Shown here: positions 43,301 to 54,899 of the stretch, one piece after another
How positions within the stretch are numbered: the stretch's first letter is position 1
Layout: each line of letters opens with the position of its first letter
Source of the DNA: the human T2T-CHM13v2.0 reference genome, Homo sapiens
Assembly: GCF_009914755.1 (NCBI RefSeq)
Contig: NC_060938.1
Direction: 5' to 3' (one strand)
DNA: 64,000 bases
Translations under genes and position numbers: made by a program
The notes under the pieces: generated by a model
Databases searched by the model: none
Seen by the model: the letters and a program-made list of their open reading frames with translations, nothing else
What the model was told of the DNA's origin: nothing

Positions 43301-43854
43301 AACCAAAGTACAAAAAAGTCAGTAGCATTTCTACATGCTAACAGCAAACAATCTGGAAAAAAAAGAACTTTAAAAGAGTTCTATTTACAATAGCTAAAAA
43401 ATTAAGTACCTAGAAATTAACCAAAGAAGTGAAAGATTTCTATAATGAAAACTTTAAAACACTGTTGAAAGAACTTGACGAGGACATCAAAAGATGGAAA
43501 GATATTCTGTGTTCATGGATTTGAAAAATTGTTATTGTCAAAATATTTATACTACCCAAAGCAATCTACAGATTCAATGCAATCCCTATCAAAATGCAAG
43601 TGATACTCTTCACAGAAATAGAAAAAAGAATTCTGAAATTTATATGGCATCACAAGAGACCCAGAGTAGCCAAAGCTATCCTGAGGAAGGAGAACAAAGG
43701 TGGAGGAATCACATTACTTGACTTCAAATTATACCACAGAGCTATAGTAACCCAAACAGCATGGTACTGGCATAAAAACAGACACTTGGACAAATGGAAG
43801 AGAACAGAGAACCCAGAAACAAACCCACACATGTACAGTGAACTCATTTTCAAA
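37371..43854 (+). mobile_element. L1M (L1MA-type) with 5'UTR, ORF1 and most of ORF2; 3'-truncated
   Basis: ggaacaagatgg start; ~2-kb 5'UTR with subrepeats (~38157, 38514, 38815); ORF1 remnant ~39360-40300; ORF2 ATG ~40785 (LNINRLNAPIKRHR endonuclease), [15 protein letters not shown] at 43198; many stops. Confidence 0.92.
41295..41620 (+). mobile_element. MER1B hAT-Charlie inserted in L1 ORF2
   Basis: caggggtctgcaacccc...gccaaaaaggttggagactg; 8-bp TSD ctatagac at 41287-41294 and 41621-41628. Confidence 0.92.
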
Positions 43855-43858
43855 TGAT

Positions 43859-43931
43859 AGTACTTTAGAGCCCTAAAGTATTCAGAAACTGGGATTGAAA
43901 TTTGCTTAATACTTTAAGGCTCTAAAGTACT
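43859..43931. repeat. Inverted repeat: 24-bp arms, 1 mismatch, 25-nt loop
   Basis: agtactttagagccctaaagtatt (43859-43882) vs aatactttaaggctctaaagtact (43908-43931). Confidence 0.95.
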
Positions 43932-43934
43932 GAT

Positions 43935-45075
43935 AAAGCTAGAGAGTTAATTTCTTTATCCAAGTTTTTAAAGGAATTTTGGATTGGATTTTTCAAAGCC
44001 TCTATTACTTGCCCCACTACTCTGAGGTAGAAAACCAAGCCCAAAAAACATTCCTCACTAAATTTTCCTGCAAAATCTATAAAGTCAATTGAATTATTTT
44101 ATTTTCAAGGTCCACCAATTTGCTAAGGTCCTTGGCTTGATAGAGGGTAACACCACTGGGAATCATTAAGTCAGATACTAGTTCTGTTTTCCTGGGAGGG
44201 CTTTGTTGACATTGATTCCATGTATAAGGCTTGTCATACATATTTACAAGAGGCTTAGTCTCAAATATGACACTCCAGGAATGGTCTTGACAGCACAATT
44301 GATTTATCCAATGACATCCTTTTAAAAAAGAGAACAAATTATTATTGAATCTATGCAAATAACTATAGCAACAACAAATCAAAGAGAATTAATAAAAGTA
44401 TTTCTTTATAAATTTTCAAAGGTCAGTGAAATCAGATATCATTAAAAATGTTTTATTTCAGTTTAAAATAGTATAGTTGAGGGTTTAAAGTGATTAAGAA
44501 GAAAGACAAAGTCATACATCTATACAAATGGAGAGTTAAAAATAATACCAACACTATTTCAGACTAACATTCATAATTAAATCCCCCTTATTAGTTTATT
44601 TGGTCCTATGTAATTCATTTTTATTTCACTGGGTCTTATATCAGCTGTTTTCTTTCAGAAACTCACCAGATTTAAAATGTGTTGGAAATCCTGACTCTGT
44701 CCACTGGTGTGGTCTGAAAGTAATTCAAGAGATGTCAGCATGGAAGCTCATAATTAGGACTGTTCTTTCAATTAGCAATATTTAGAATACCTGGTAGAGT
44801 ATTTGCCATAAAGTTCTGAGAATACTCTATATGTTGAATACACAAATTCTAGCTTGTAGCAGGCCCTTCAGGCAAGCATGTGGGAAAAAAGAAAATATGT
44901 ATAGTTGACAAAGACTGAATGATTGTGGTTAATTTATTACAATAACGAATAATAGAACTGAGGAGTTAATTTATTACAATAACCAATAATAGAACTGAGG
45001 AGATAAAATTCTCTATTGAGGTATAGTAAATAACTGTGTTATAAGGTTTTCCTCAGTTTCCCTGAGGATATGAAT
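43935..45075 (-). mobile_element. Probable old ERV1 (MER4-group-like) internal sequence
   Basis: Resembles remembered MER4-group internal sequence (ttattgaatctatgcaaataactata); not verified. Confidence 0.4.
44928..45001. repeat. 37-bp tandem duplication
   Basis: gttaatttattacaataac(g/c)aataatagaactgagga x2. Confidence 0.95.
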
Positions 45076-45634
45076 ATGTTATTTTTAATTTTTAATTTTT
45101 GTGGGTGCAGAGTAGGTATATATATTTATGGAGTACATGAGATATTTTCATGCAGGCATACAGTGCATAGTAACCACCTCATGTAAAATGGGGTATCCAT
45201 TCCCTCAGGCATTTATCCTTTGTGTTATTAACAATCTAATTATACTCTTATTTATTGGTAAATGTACAATTAAATTATTGATTATTGTCACTCTGTTATG
45301 CTATCAAATACTATGTCTTATTTCTAACAATTTTTTTGGTACCCATTAATCGTCCCTACTTCCCCATCATCCCCTCACTACTCTTCTCACCCTCTGGTAA
45401 CCATCCTTCTACTGTCTGTCTCCATTTCAATTGTTTTTATTTTCATGTCCCAAAATAAGTGAGAACGTGTGATGCTTGTCTTTCTCTGCCTGGCTTATTT
45501 CATTTAACATAATGACCTCCAGTTCCATCCGTGATGTTGCAAATGACAGAGTCTCATTCTTTTTTATGATTGAATAGTACTAAATTGTGTATAAGTACCA
45601 TATTTTCACTATCCATTTATCTGTTGATAGACAC

Positions 45635-46105
45635 CGTGATGGTTAATACTGAGTGTCAACTTGGTTGGACTGAAGGATGCAACTATACATAATTTCTTTT
45701 TTCTCACATGTTTACCTGAAGGGCCTGCTACCTCCTGGGTGTGTCTGTGAGGTTGTTGCCAAGGGAGATTAACATTTGAGTCAGTGGGTCGGTGAAGGCA
45801 GACCCACCCTTAATCTGGTGAGCACAATCTAATCAACTGCCAGTGAATATAAAACAGGCAGAAAAACGTGAAAAGGTGAGACTGGCGTAGCCTCCCAGCC
45901 TACATCTTTCTCCTGTGCTGGATGCTTCCTGCCCTCAAACTTCGGACTCCAAGTTCTTCAGTTTTGATACTTGGACTGGCTCTCCTTGCTCCTCAAGCTT
46001 GCATACAGCCTATTGTTGGACCTTGTAATCATGTAAGTTAATATTTAATAAACTCCCATATATATCCTGTTAGTTCTGTCCCTCTAGGGAACCCTGACTA
46101 ATAAA
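45635..46105 (+). promoter_or_regulatory. 5' LTR (MLT2A1-like)
   Basis: TATAAAA 45848-45854, AATAAA 46047-46052, CAATCTAATCA 45825-45835; foreign insert 45683-45732. Confidence 0.9.
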
Positions 46106-46110
46106 GATTT

Positions 46111-46128
46111 TGGTACCAGGAGTGGTTC
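46111..46128 (+). other. Primer-binding site (tRNA-Leu)
   Basis: tggtaccaggagtgg is complementary to the 3' end of tRNA-Leu; lies just after the 5' LTR. Confidence 0.85.
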
Positions 46129-46149
46129 TAGAGGAACAGAATATTAAGG

Positions 46150-46812
46150 ATGGAGTTCTTTGATTGGTTTTGGGCTTTCTGGAGTTGGCTGCTTAATATG
46201 ATTAGATCCCAAAATGCTAAGGATTCTAGTTCTAATAGTATGGAGAACACTGATAGTCCTTGGTGTGAACTGTTTAGAGAATTATGCAAAATAAATGCAC
46301 TTGACGTTCCTGATTCACTGCTTGTGAGAGGCAATGAGTTTAGTGCCTCTGTACATAATACTTTTGACCATATGTGGAGAACCAAGGAACGATATGAAGC
46401 CGGTTGGTTGCTCCTAAGTTCAGCGGACAGAGTGATGAAAGAAAATGATGAACTCAGAGATTCTGTCTCCTGGCTTCAGAAGCAGATACTGAGCCTCAAA
46501 TCTGCGAAGATTGCCCTGAGTGGGAGTCTTATCTCCTATAGAGAAAGAGCTGAAATTGTGGAAAAACAGACACAAACTCTTATCATGCGAGTGGCTGACT
46601 TGCAACAAAAGGTACATGCACAGCCTCACCAGGTGTCTATTGTTAAAGTGAGGGCATTGATTGGAAAAGAATGGTACTCTGCAAGTTGGAATGGGCACAT
46701 GTGGCAGGATCCTCTTGCAGCTGGGGACACTGAGTTTGTAAACTCTATGAACCTTTTTTTGCCAGAAGGAACAGCTTCCCCATCCCCAGTGGTGGCAACA
46801 TTCCCTCCCTGA
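46150..46812 (+). CDS. Open 220-aa N-terminal HERV-L Gag ORF (Fv1-related); expression unknown
   Basis: ORF track; ENTDSPWCELF, GWLLLSS..., KVRALIGKEW motifs of ERV-L Gag; coiled-coil-like middle. Confidence 0.4.
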   Translation: MEFFDWFWAFWSWLLNMIRSQNAKDSSSNSMENTDSPWCELFRELCKINALDVPDSLLVRGNEFSASVHNTFDHMWRTKERYEAGWLLLSSADRVMKENDELRDSVSWLQKQILSLKSAKIALSGSLISYRERAEIVEKQTQTLIMRVADLQQKVHAQPHQVSIVKVRALIGKEWYSASWNGHMWQDPLAAGDTEFVNSMNLFLPEGTASPSPVVATFPP

Positions 46813-47890
46813 CCGATGTTGCCATCAGCCTTTCCACCTTTGTCTGAGGAGATAAACCCTGTGCTGCCTGAGGCAAAAGTGATGGCCTCCCCTGAGGCAG
46901 TTGCCAGGCAAGATAATGTTGATTCTCCTCAGGAGCCACCTGCAACACTCCTGTTTGCTTCTAGACCTATAACTAGACTAAAGTCCCAGTGGGCCCCTAG
47001 AGGTGAGGTTGAGAGTAGGATCCATGAGGAGGTGCACTACACTTGAACTGCTTGAGTTCTCTAATTTATATAAACAGAAGTCTGGAGAACAGGCATGGGA
47101 ATGGATATTAAGGATATGGGACAATGGTGGAAGAACATAGAGTTGGATCAAGCTGAATTTATTGATCTGGGCCAACTAAGTAGGGACTCTGCATTTAATG
47201 TTGCAGCTCAGGGAGTTAAAAAAAGGCTCTAATAGTTTATTTGCTTGTTTAGCTGAAATTTGGATTAAAAGATGGCCCACCGTGAGTGAGCTGGAAATGC
47301 CTGATCTCCCTTGGTTTAATATAGAGGAAGTGATCCAAAGGCTTAGGGAGATTAGAATAGTGGAGTGCATTAGTCACTTTAGACCCACTTATTCCAGCTG
47401 GGAGGGTCCAGAAGATATACCCTTGACTGATGCCTTGCAAAATAGATTTCTGAGGGCAGCACCTGCATCTTTGAAGAGCCCTGTAATTGCTCTTCTCTGT
47501 ATGTTGGATCTAAGGTGGGAACTGCAGTCACTCAACTACAAAATTTAAATACAGTGGGAATAATTGGATCTCGAGGTGGCAGGGGCCAAGTGGAGGCACT
47601 CAACTGTCAAAGGCAAGGTGGGCATAGCCACCATAATGGACAGCAGAGACAAAGCAACAATCAGAATAGTCTGACTCATGTAGAGCTCTGACATTGGCTA
47701 ATTAATTGCATTGTTCCTAGAGGTGAAATTGATAGGAAGCCTACTGCATTCCTACTTAATTTATATAAGGAGAAAACTTCTAGGTCGAATGGACAAAAGA
47801 CTAATTTGAATTATGAAAACAGAGAATCATGGCTTCTCAATCAATTTCCAGACTTGAGCCAGTTTACAGACCCAGAAGCCCCTGAATGAA
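46813..47890 (+). pseudogene. HERV-L gag remainder (disrupted)
   Basis: In frame to 47046, then frameshifts; KRWPTVSELEMPDLPW motif. Confidence 0.85.
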
Positions 47891-47979
47891 GAGGAGGCTG
47901 ATTCCCCTTGAGGAAGTGCCCCACTATATTACTGACAATTTATGCAGTGAATCTTTGTCCCATCCTTCCCCAAGGAGAC

Positions 47980-50820
47980 CGGCCAGAGTAACTGTGCATT
48001 GGAGAAAGGGAAATGATCAGACCTCTCAGAGACTACTGGATACTGGCTCTGAGGTGACGTTGATTCCAGGGGACCCACAATGTCATTATGGTCCTCTAGT
48101 TAAAGTAGGGGCTTATGGAGGTCAGGTAATTGATGGAGTTTTAGTTCAGGTCTGACTTACAGTGGGTCCAGTGTGTCCTTGGACTCATCCTGTGGTCATT
48201 TCCTCAGTGTTAGAATACATAACTGGCATAGATATACTTAGCAGCTGGCAGCACCCCTACATTGGCTCCCTGACTGGTTGGGTGAAGGATATTATGGTGG
48301 GAAAGGCAAAATGGAAACCATTAGAGCTGCCTCTACCTAGAAAAATGTAAATAAAAAATGATGTTGCATCCCTGGAGGGATTGCAGCAATTAGTGCCACC
48401 ATCAAGGACTTGAAAGACGCAGGGGTGGTGATTCCCACCACACCCCCATTCAAGTCTCCCATTTTGCCTGTGTAGAAGACAGATGGATCTTGGAGAATGA
48501 CAGTGGATTATTGTAAGCTTAACCAAGTGGTGACTCCAATTGCAGCTGCTGCACCAGATATGGTTCCACTGCTTGAGCAAATTAGCACATCTTCTGGTAC
48601 CTGGTATACAGCCACTGATTTGGCAAATGCCTTTTTCTCCATTCTTGTCCATAAGGCCCACCAGAAGAAATTTGCCTTTAGCTGGCAGGGCCATCAATAT
48701 ACCTTTACTTTCTTACCTTAGGGGTATATCAACTCTCCGGCTTTGTGTCATAATCTTATTTGGAGAGACCTTGATCACTTTTCCTTTCCATACGATATCA
48801 CACTGTTTCATTACATTGATGACATTATGCTCATTGGATCCAGTGAGCAAGAGGTAGCAAACACACTGGACATATTGGTGAGACATTTGTGTGCCAGAGG
48901 ATTGGAAATATGACTAAAATTCAGGGACTTTCTACCTCAGTAAAATTTCTAGGGCTCCAGTGGTTTGGGGCATGTTGAGATATTCCTTTTAAGGTGAAGG
49001 ATAGGTTGCTGCATTTGGCCCCTCCTACTACGAAGAAAGAGGCACAATGCCTCATGGGCCTATTTGGGTTTTGGAGACAACACATTCCTCATTTGGGTGT
49101 TTTACTCTGACCTATTTATCAAGTGACCTGAAAGGCTGCCAGTTTTGAGTGAGGTCCAGAATAGGAGAAGGCTCTGCAACAGGTCCAGGCTACTGTGCAA
49201 GTTGCTCTGCAACTTGGGCCATATGACCCAGCAGATCCAATGGTGCTTGGGGTAACAGTGGCAGACAGAGATGCTGTTTGGAGCCTCTGGCAGGCCCCCA
49301 TAGGTGAATCACAGCAAAGACCTCTAGGATTTTGGAGCAAGGCCCTGCCATATTCTACAGATAACTACTGTCCTTTTGAGAGACAGCTCTTGGCCTGTTG
49401 CTGGGCTTTGGTAGAAACTGAGTGTTTGACTATGGGTCATCAAGTCACCATGTAACCTGAACTACCTATCATGAACTGGGTGCTTTCTGACCCATCTAGC
49501 CATAAGGTGGGTTGTGCACAGCAGCATTCCATCATCAAATGGAAGTGATATATATGTGATTGGGCTTGAGTAGGTCCTGAAGGCATAAGTAAGTTACAAG
49601 AAGAAGTGACTCAAATGCCCATGGTCTCCACTTCTACAACCCTGCCTTGTCTCCCACACCCTGCACCAATAGTCTCATGGGAAGTTCCCTATGATAAGTT
49701 GTCAGAGAAGAGAAGACTAGGGCCTGGTTCACAGATGGTTCTACACAATATGCAGGCACCATCCGAACATAGAGAGCTGTTTTCTCTAGGACATCCCTGA
49801 AGAATAGCAGTGAAGGGAAACCTTCCCAGTGGGCAGAACTTTGAGCAGTGCACCTGGTTGTGCACTTTGCATGGAAGGAGAAATGGGCAGATGTGTGATT
49901 ATATACTGATTCATGGGCTGTAGCCAATGGCTTGGCTGGATGGTCAGGGACTTGGAAGAAGCATGATTGGAAAATTGGTGAAAAAGAAATTTGGGTAAGA
50001 GGTATGTGGATGGACCTGTCTGAGTGGTCAAAAATGTTGAAGATATTTGTATCCCATGTGAGTGCTCACCAACGGGTGACCTCAGCATAGGAGGATTTTA
50101 ATAATCGAGTGGATAGGATGACCTGTTCTGTGGACACTGCTCAGCCTCTTTCCCTAGCCACCCCTGTCATCGCCCAGTGAGCCCATGAACAAAGTGGCCA
50201 TGGTGGCAGGGATGGAGGTTACCCATTGGCTCAGCAACATAAACTTCCACTCACAAAGGCTGACCTGGCTACAGAAACTGCTGAGTGCTCAATTTGCCTG
50301 CAGCAGAGATCAACACTGAGTCCTTGATATGGCACCATTCCTAAGGGTGGTCAGCCAGCTACCTGGTGGCAGATTGATTATATTGGACCTCTTCTATCAT
50401 AGAAAGGGCAGAGGTTTGTCCTCACTGTAATAGATACTTACTCCAGATATTGGTTTGCCTCTCCTGAATGCAATGCTTCTGCCAGACTACCATTCATGGA
50501 TTCACGGAATGCATTATCCACTATCATGGTATTCCACACAGCATTGCTTCTTACCAAGGCACTCACTTTATGGCTGAAGAAGTGAGGCAGTGGGCTCTTG
50601 CTCATGGAATCCACTGGTCTCACCATATTCCCCATCATCCTGAAGAAGCTGGATTGATAGAACTGTGGAATGGCTTTTTGAAGTCAAAATTACAATGCCA
50701 ACTAGGTGACGATACTTTGCAGGGCTGGGACAAAGTTCTCCAGAAGGCTGGGTATGCTTTGAATCAGCGTCCAGTATATGGTACTATTTCTCTGATAGCC
50801 AGGATGGGTCCAAGAATCAA
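47980..50820 (+). pseudogene. HERV-L pro-pol (disrupted)
   Basis: LLDTGSEVTLI protease; DLANAFF and HYIDD (~48808) RT; RPLGFWSK; integrase GIPHSIASYQGTHF; many stops. Confidence 0.9.
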
Positions 50821-50889
50821 GGGGTGGAAGTGACACCATTCACCATCACCCCTAGTGATCCAGTAGCAACATTTTTGCTTCCTGTTCCC

Positions 50890-51170
50890 ATGACATTACG
50901 TTCTGCTGGCCTAGAGGTCTTAGTTCCAGAGGGAGGAACACTGCCACCAGGAGACACAACAATGATTCCATTAAACTGGATGTTAAGACTGCCACCTGGA
51001 CACTTTGGGCTCCTTCTACCTTTAAGTCAACAGGCTAAGAAGGGAGTTACAGTGTTGGCTGTGGTGATTGACCCAGACTATCAAGATGAAATCAGTCTAC
51101 TATTCCATAATGGAGGTAAGGAAGAGCATACATGGAATACAGGAGATCCATTAGGGCATTTCTTAGTATT
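50890..51170 (+). pseudogene. HERV-L dUTPase remnant
   Basis: SAGLEV...GHFGLL...GVTVLAVVIDPDYQDEI, downstream of integrase as is typical of ERV-L. Confidence 0.85.
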
Positions 51171-51685
51171 AAGGTCAATGGGAAACTACAATAGCCCAAT
51201 CCAGGCAGGATTACAAATGACCCAGACACCTCAGGAATGGAGGTTTGGGTCACTCCACCAGGAAACAAACCATGACCTACTGAGTTGCTTGCTGAAGGCA
51301 AAGGGAATACAGAATGGGTAGTAGAAGAAAGTCACCAATACCAGCTACGGCCATGTGACCAGCTGCAGAAATAAGAACTGTAATTGTTGTGAGTATCTCC
51401 TCCTTCTTTTGTTAAAAACATGTTTGTGCATATATACCATTGTACTAAGAAAATATCTTCATTTTATTTCCTTTTCCTTTATCACATAAGATTTATTGAC
51501 TTCATATCAGCATTTAAGTATTGTTAACTTTATGTAATAGTATTTGGATTGAGGATTGGTGTGTTTCTGGTTGTATGAACGATAGTTCTATTATGTTAGG
51601 TGTAATTATGACCTTATTACTATCTTTATTTGAAGATTATGATCTCAGGAGATGTGTGTGGATTCACATTGACAAGGGGTGGACT

Positions 51686-52068
51686 TGTGATGGTTAATGT
51701 TAAGTGTCAACTTGATTGGATTTAAGGATGCAAAGTATTGATCCTGGGTGTGTCTATGAGGGTGCTGCCAAAAGAGATTAACATTTGAGACAGTGGGCTG
51801 GGGAAGGCAGACCCACCCTTAATCTGGAGGGCACAAACTAATCAGCTGCCAGTGAATATAAAGCAGGCAGAAAAACGTGAAAAGCTGAGACCGGCCTAGC
51901 CTCCCAGCCTACAGCTTTCTCCTGTGCTGGATGATTCCTGCCCTCAAACATCGGACTCCAAGTTCTTCAGTTTTGAGACTTGGACTGGCTCTCCTTGCTT
52001 CTCAAGCTTGCAGACAGCCTATTGTGGGACCTTGTAATCAAGTAAATTAATACTTAATAAACTATCTA

Positions 52069-52119
<51 letters not shown>

Positions 52120-52168
52120 CTGCCTGCCTGCCTAGTAGTTCTGTCCCTCTAGGAACGCTAACTATACT
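51686..52168 (+). mobile_element. 3' LTR (MLT2A1-like) containing a (TCTG)n microsatellite
   Basis: tgtgatggttaatg...; repeat at ~52063-52132. Confidence 0.92.
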
Positions 52169-54051
52169 GACACTTAGGTTGCTTCCAAATCTTGACTATT
52201 ATGAAGAGGTTACAACAAACATGGGGGTGCAGATATGTCTTTGATATACTGATTTGGTTTCTTTTGGATATATACGCAACAGTGGGATTGCTGGATCATA
52301 TGGTAGCTCTATTTTTAGTTTTTTGAGGAACCTCCAAACCATTCTCCATAGTGGTTGTACTAATTTACATTCCCTCCAACATCGTACAAGTTTTCCCTTT
52401 TCTCTACATCCTCACCAGCATTTAATTATTGTCAATCCTTTGGATATGAGCCATTTTGATTGGGGTAAGATGATACCTCATTGTAGCTTTGATTTGCATT
52501 TCTCTGATGATCAATTATGTTGAACACCTTTTCAAATGACTGTTTGCCATTTGTATGTTTTCTTTTGAGAAATGTCTATTTAAATCTTTTGCCCATTTTC
52601 TGATTTTTTTTTAATAGAGTTGCTTGAGCTCCTTATATATTCTGGTTATTAATCCCTTGTCAGATGGGTAGATTGCAACTATTTTCTCTCATTCTGTGAA
52701 TTGTCTCTTCACTTTGTTGATTGTTTCCTCTGCTGTGCCAAAGATTTTTTAACTTGATGTGATCTCACTTGTCCATTTTTGCTTTGGTTGTCTATACCTG
52801 TGGGGTATTACTCAATAAATGTTTGTCCAGACTGATGTTTTGGAGAGTTTCCCCGAAGTTTTCTTGTAGTAGTTTCACAGCCTGAGGTCTTAGATTTACG
52901 TTTTTAATCCATTTTGATTTGATTTTTATGTATGGTGCTAGAGGTCTAGTTTTATTCTTCTGCCTATAAATATCCAGTTTTCCCAGTACCATTTATTAAA
53001 GAGACTGTCATTTCCCCAGTGTATGTTCTTGGCACCTTTGCAGAAAATGAGTTCACTATAGGTATGTGGATTTGTTTCTGGGTTCTCTATTCTGTTTCAT
53101 TGGTCTATGTGTCTGTTTTTATGCCAGCACCATGCTGTTTTGGTTACTATAGCTCTGTAGGATAATTTGAAGTCAGGTAATGTGACTCCTCCACTTTTGT
53201 TCTCTTTCCTCAGGATAGCTTCGGCTACTCTGGGTCTTTTGTGGTTCCATATAAATTTCAGAGTTCTTTTTTCTATTTCTGTGATGAATGTCATTGGTAT
53301 TTTGATAGTGATTGCACTGAATCTATAGATTGCTTTAGGTAGTATGCATATTTTGACAATAATAATTCTTTGAACGCATGAACATGGAATATCTCCAATT
53401 TTTGGTGTTCTCTTCAAGTTCTTTCATCAGTGTTTTAAAGTTATAGGAATCTTTTACTTCTTTGGTTAAGCTAATTTCTAGGTACTTATTTTTTTTAGAT
53501 ATTCTAAATAGGATTACTTTTAAAGTTTTTTTTTTTTTCAGATTGTACGCTGTTGTCAGAAATGCTACTGACTTTTTGTATGTTGATTTTGTGTCCTGCA
53601 TATTTACTGAATTAGTTTATCAGTTCTACCAGTTTTTTTGTGTGGAGTCATTAGGGTTTTCCAAATATAAGATCATATCATCTGCAAACAAGGATAATTT
53701 GACTTTCTCCTTTCCAATTTGGATGCCTTTTATTTCTTTCTCTTGTCTGATTGCTCTAGCTATGACTTCCAGTACTGTGTTGAATAACAGTAGTAAAACA
53801 GGGCATCTTTGTCAAGTTCCAAATCTCAGATAAAAAGCTCTCAGATTTTTCTTATTTGGTATGATAGTAGCTGTGGGTCTGTTGTATATGGATTTTATTA
53901 TGTTGAGGTAGGTTACCTCTATCTCCAATTATTTGAGGGTTTTTACCATAAAGGGAAGTTGAATTTTATCAAAGGCTTTTTCAGCATCAATTGAAATGAT
54001 TATATGATCTTCGTTCTTCATTCTGTTGATATGATGTATCACACTGATTGA

Positions 54052-54416
<365 letters not shown>

Positions 54417-54432
54417 TGGATGATATTTTTAA

Positions 54433-54695
54433 TGTGTTGTTGAATTGTTTGCTAGTATTTTGATGAGGATTTTTAAAAAATCAATATTCATCAGATATAC
54501 TGGCCTGTAGGGTTTTTTTTTTTTTCTGTATTATTGTCTGGTTTTGGTATTAGGTTAATACTGGCCTGTGTTGTTGAATTAAGTTTGCTGGCATTTTGAT
54601 GAGGATTTTTTAAAAATCAATATTCATCAGATATACTGGCCTGTAGGGTTTTTTTTTTTTTTCTGTATGGTTTTGGTATTAGGGTAATACTGGCC
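54433..54695. repeat. ~130-bp tandem duplication within L1 ORF2
   Basis: tgtgttgttgaatt...taatactggcc at 54433-54566 and 54567-54695. Confidence 0.92.
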
Positions 54696-54899
54696 TCATA
54701 GAATGATTATGGAAGTATTTCCTTCTCTATTATTTGAAATAGTTTAAGTAAGATTGGTATTAGTTCTTTAAATGTTTGGTAGAATTCAGCCGTGAAGCCA
54801 TTGAGTCCTGGGCTTTTCTTTACAGGGAGACTTTATTATGACTTCGATCTCATTACTTATTACTCTGTTCAATTAGATTTGAAGAAATCTAAAACCTGA

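Larger units (their letters stand above)
45635..52168 (+). mobile_element. Full-length HERV-L provirus with MLT2A1-type LTRs
   Basis: Two LTRs, PBS, gag-pro-RT-RNaseH-IN-dUTPase, PPT acaaggggtggact, no env; TSD gacac at 45630-45634 and 52169-52173. Confidence 0.95.

Noticed and set aside
40817-43857. L1 ORF2 peptides as an active retrotransposon
   Set aside because: Many stops and frameshifts, a MER1B insertion, FADD mutated to FADN, and a missing 3' end.
44928-45001. 37-bp repeat as a CRISPR-like array
   Set aside because: Two directly abutting copies, no spacers, eukaryotic context; a simple tandem duplication.
37355-45080. Shared TSD proving the two L1s are one inverted element
   Set aside because: The 5' flank (agttaaaggttaaata) does not match the 3' flank of the minus copy (aacatattcatatcc on its own strand).
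47886-51321. Functional HERV-L pol or dUTPase
   Set aside because: Fragmented by stops and frameshifts; the 165-aa dUTPase-containing ORF loses dUTPase similarity in its C-terminal part.
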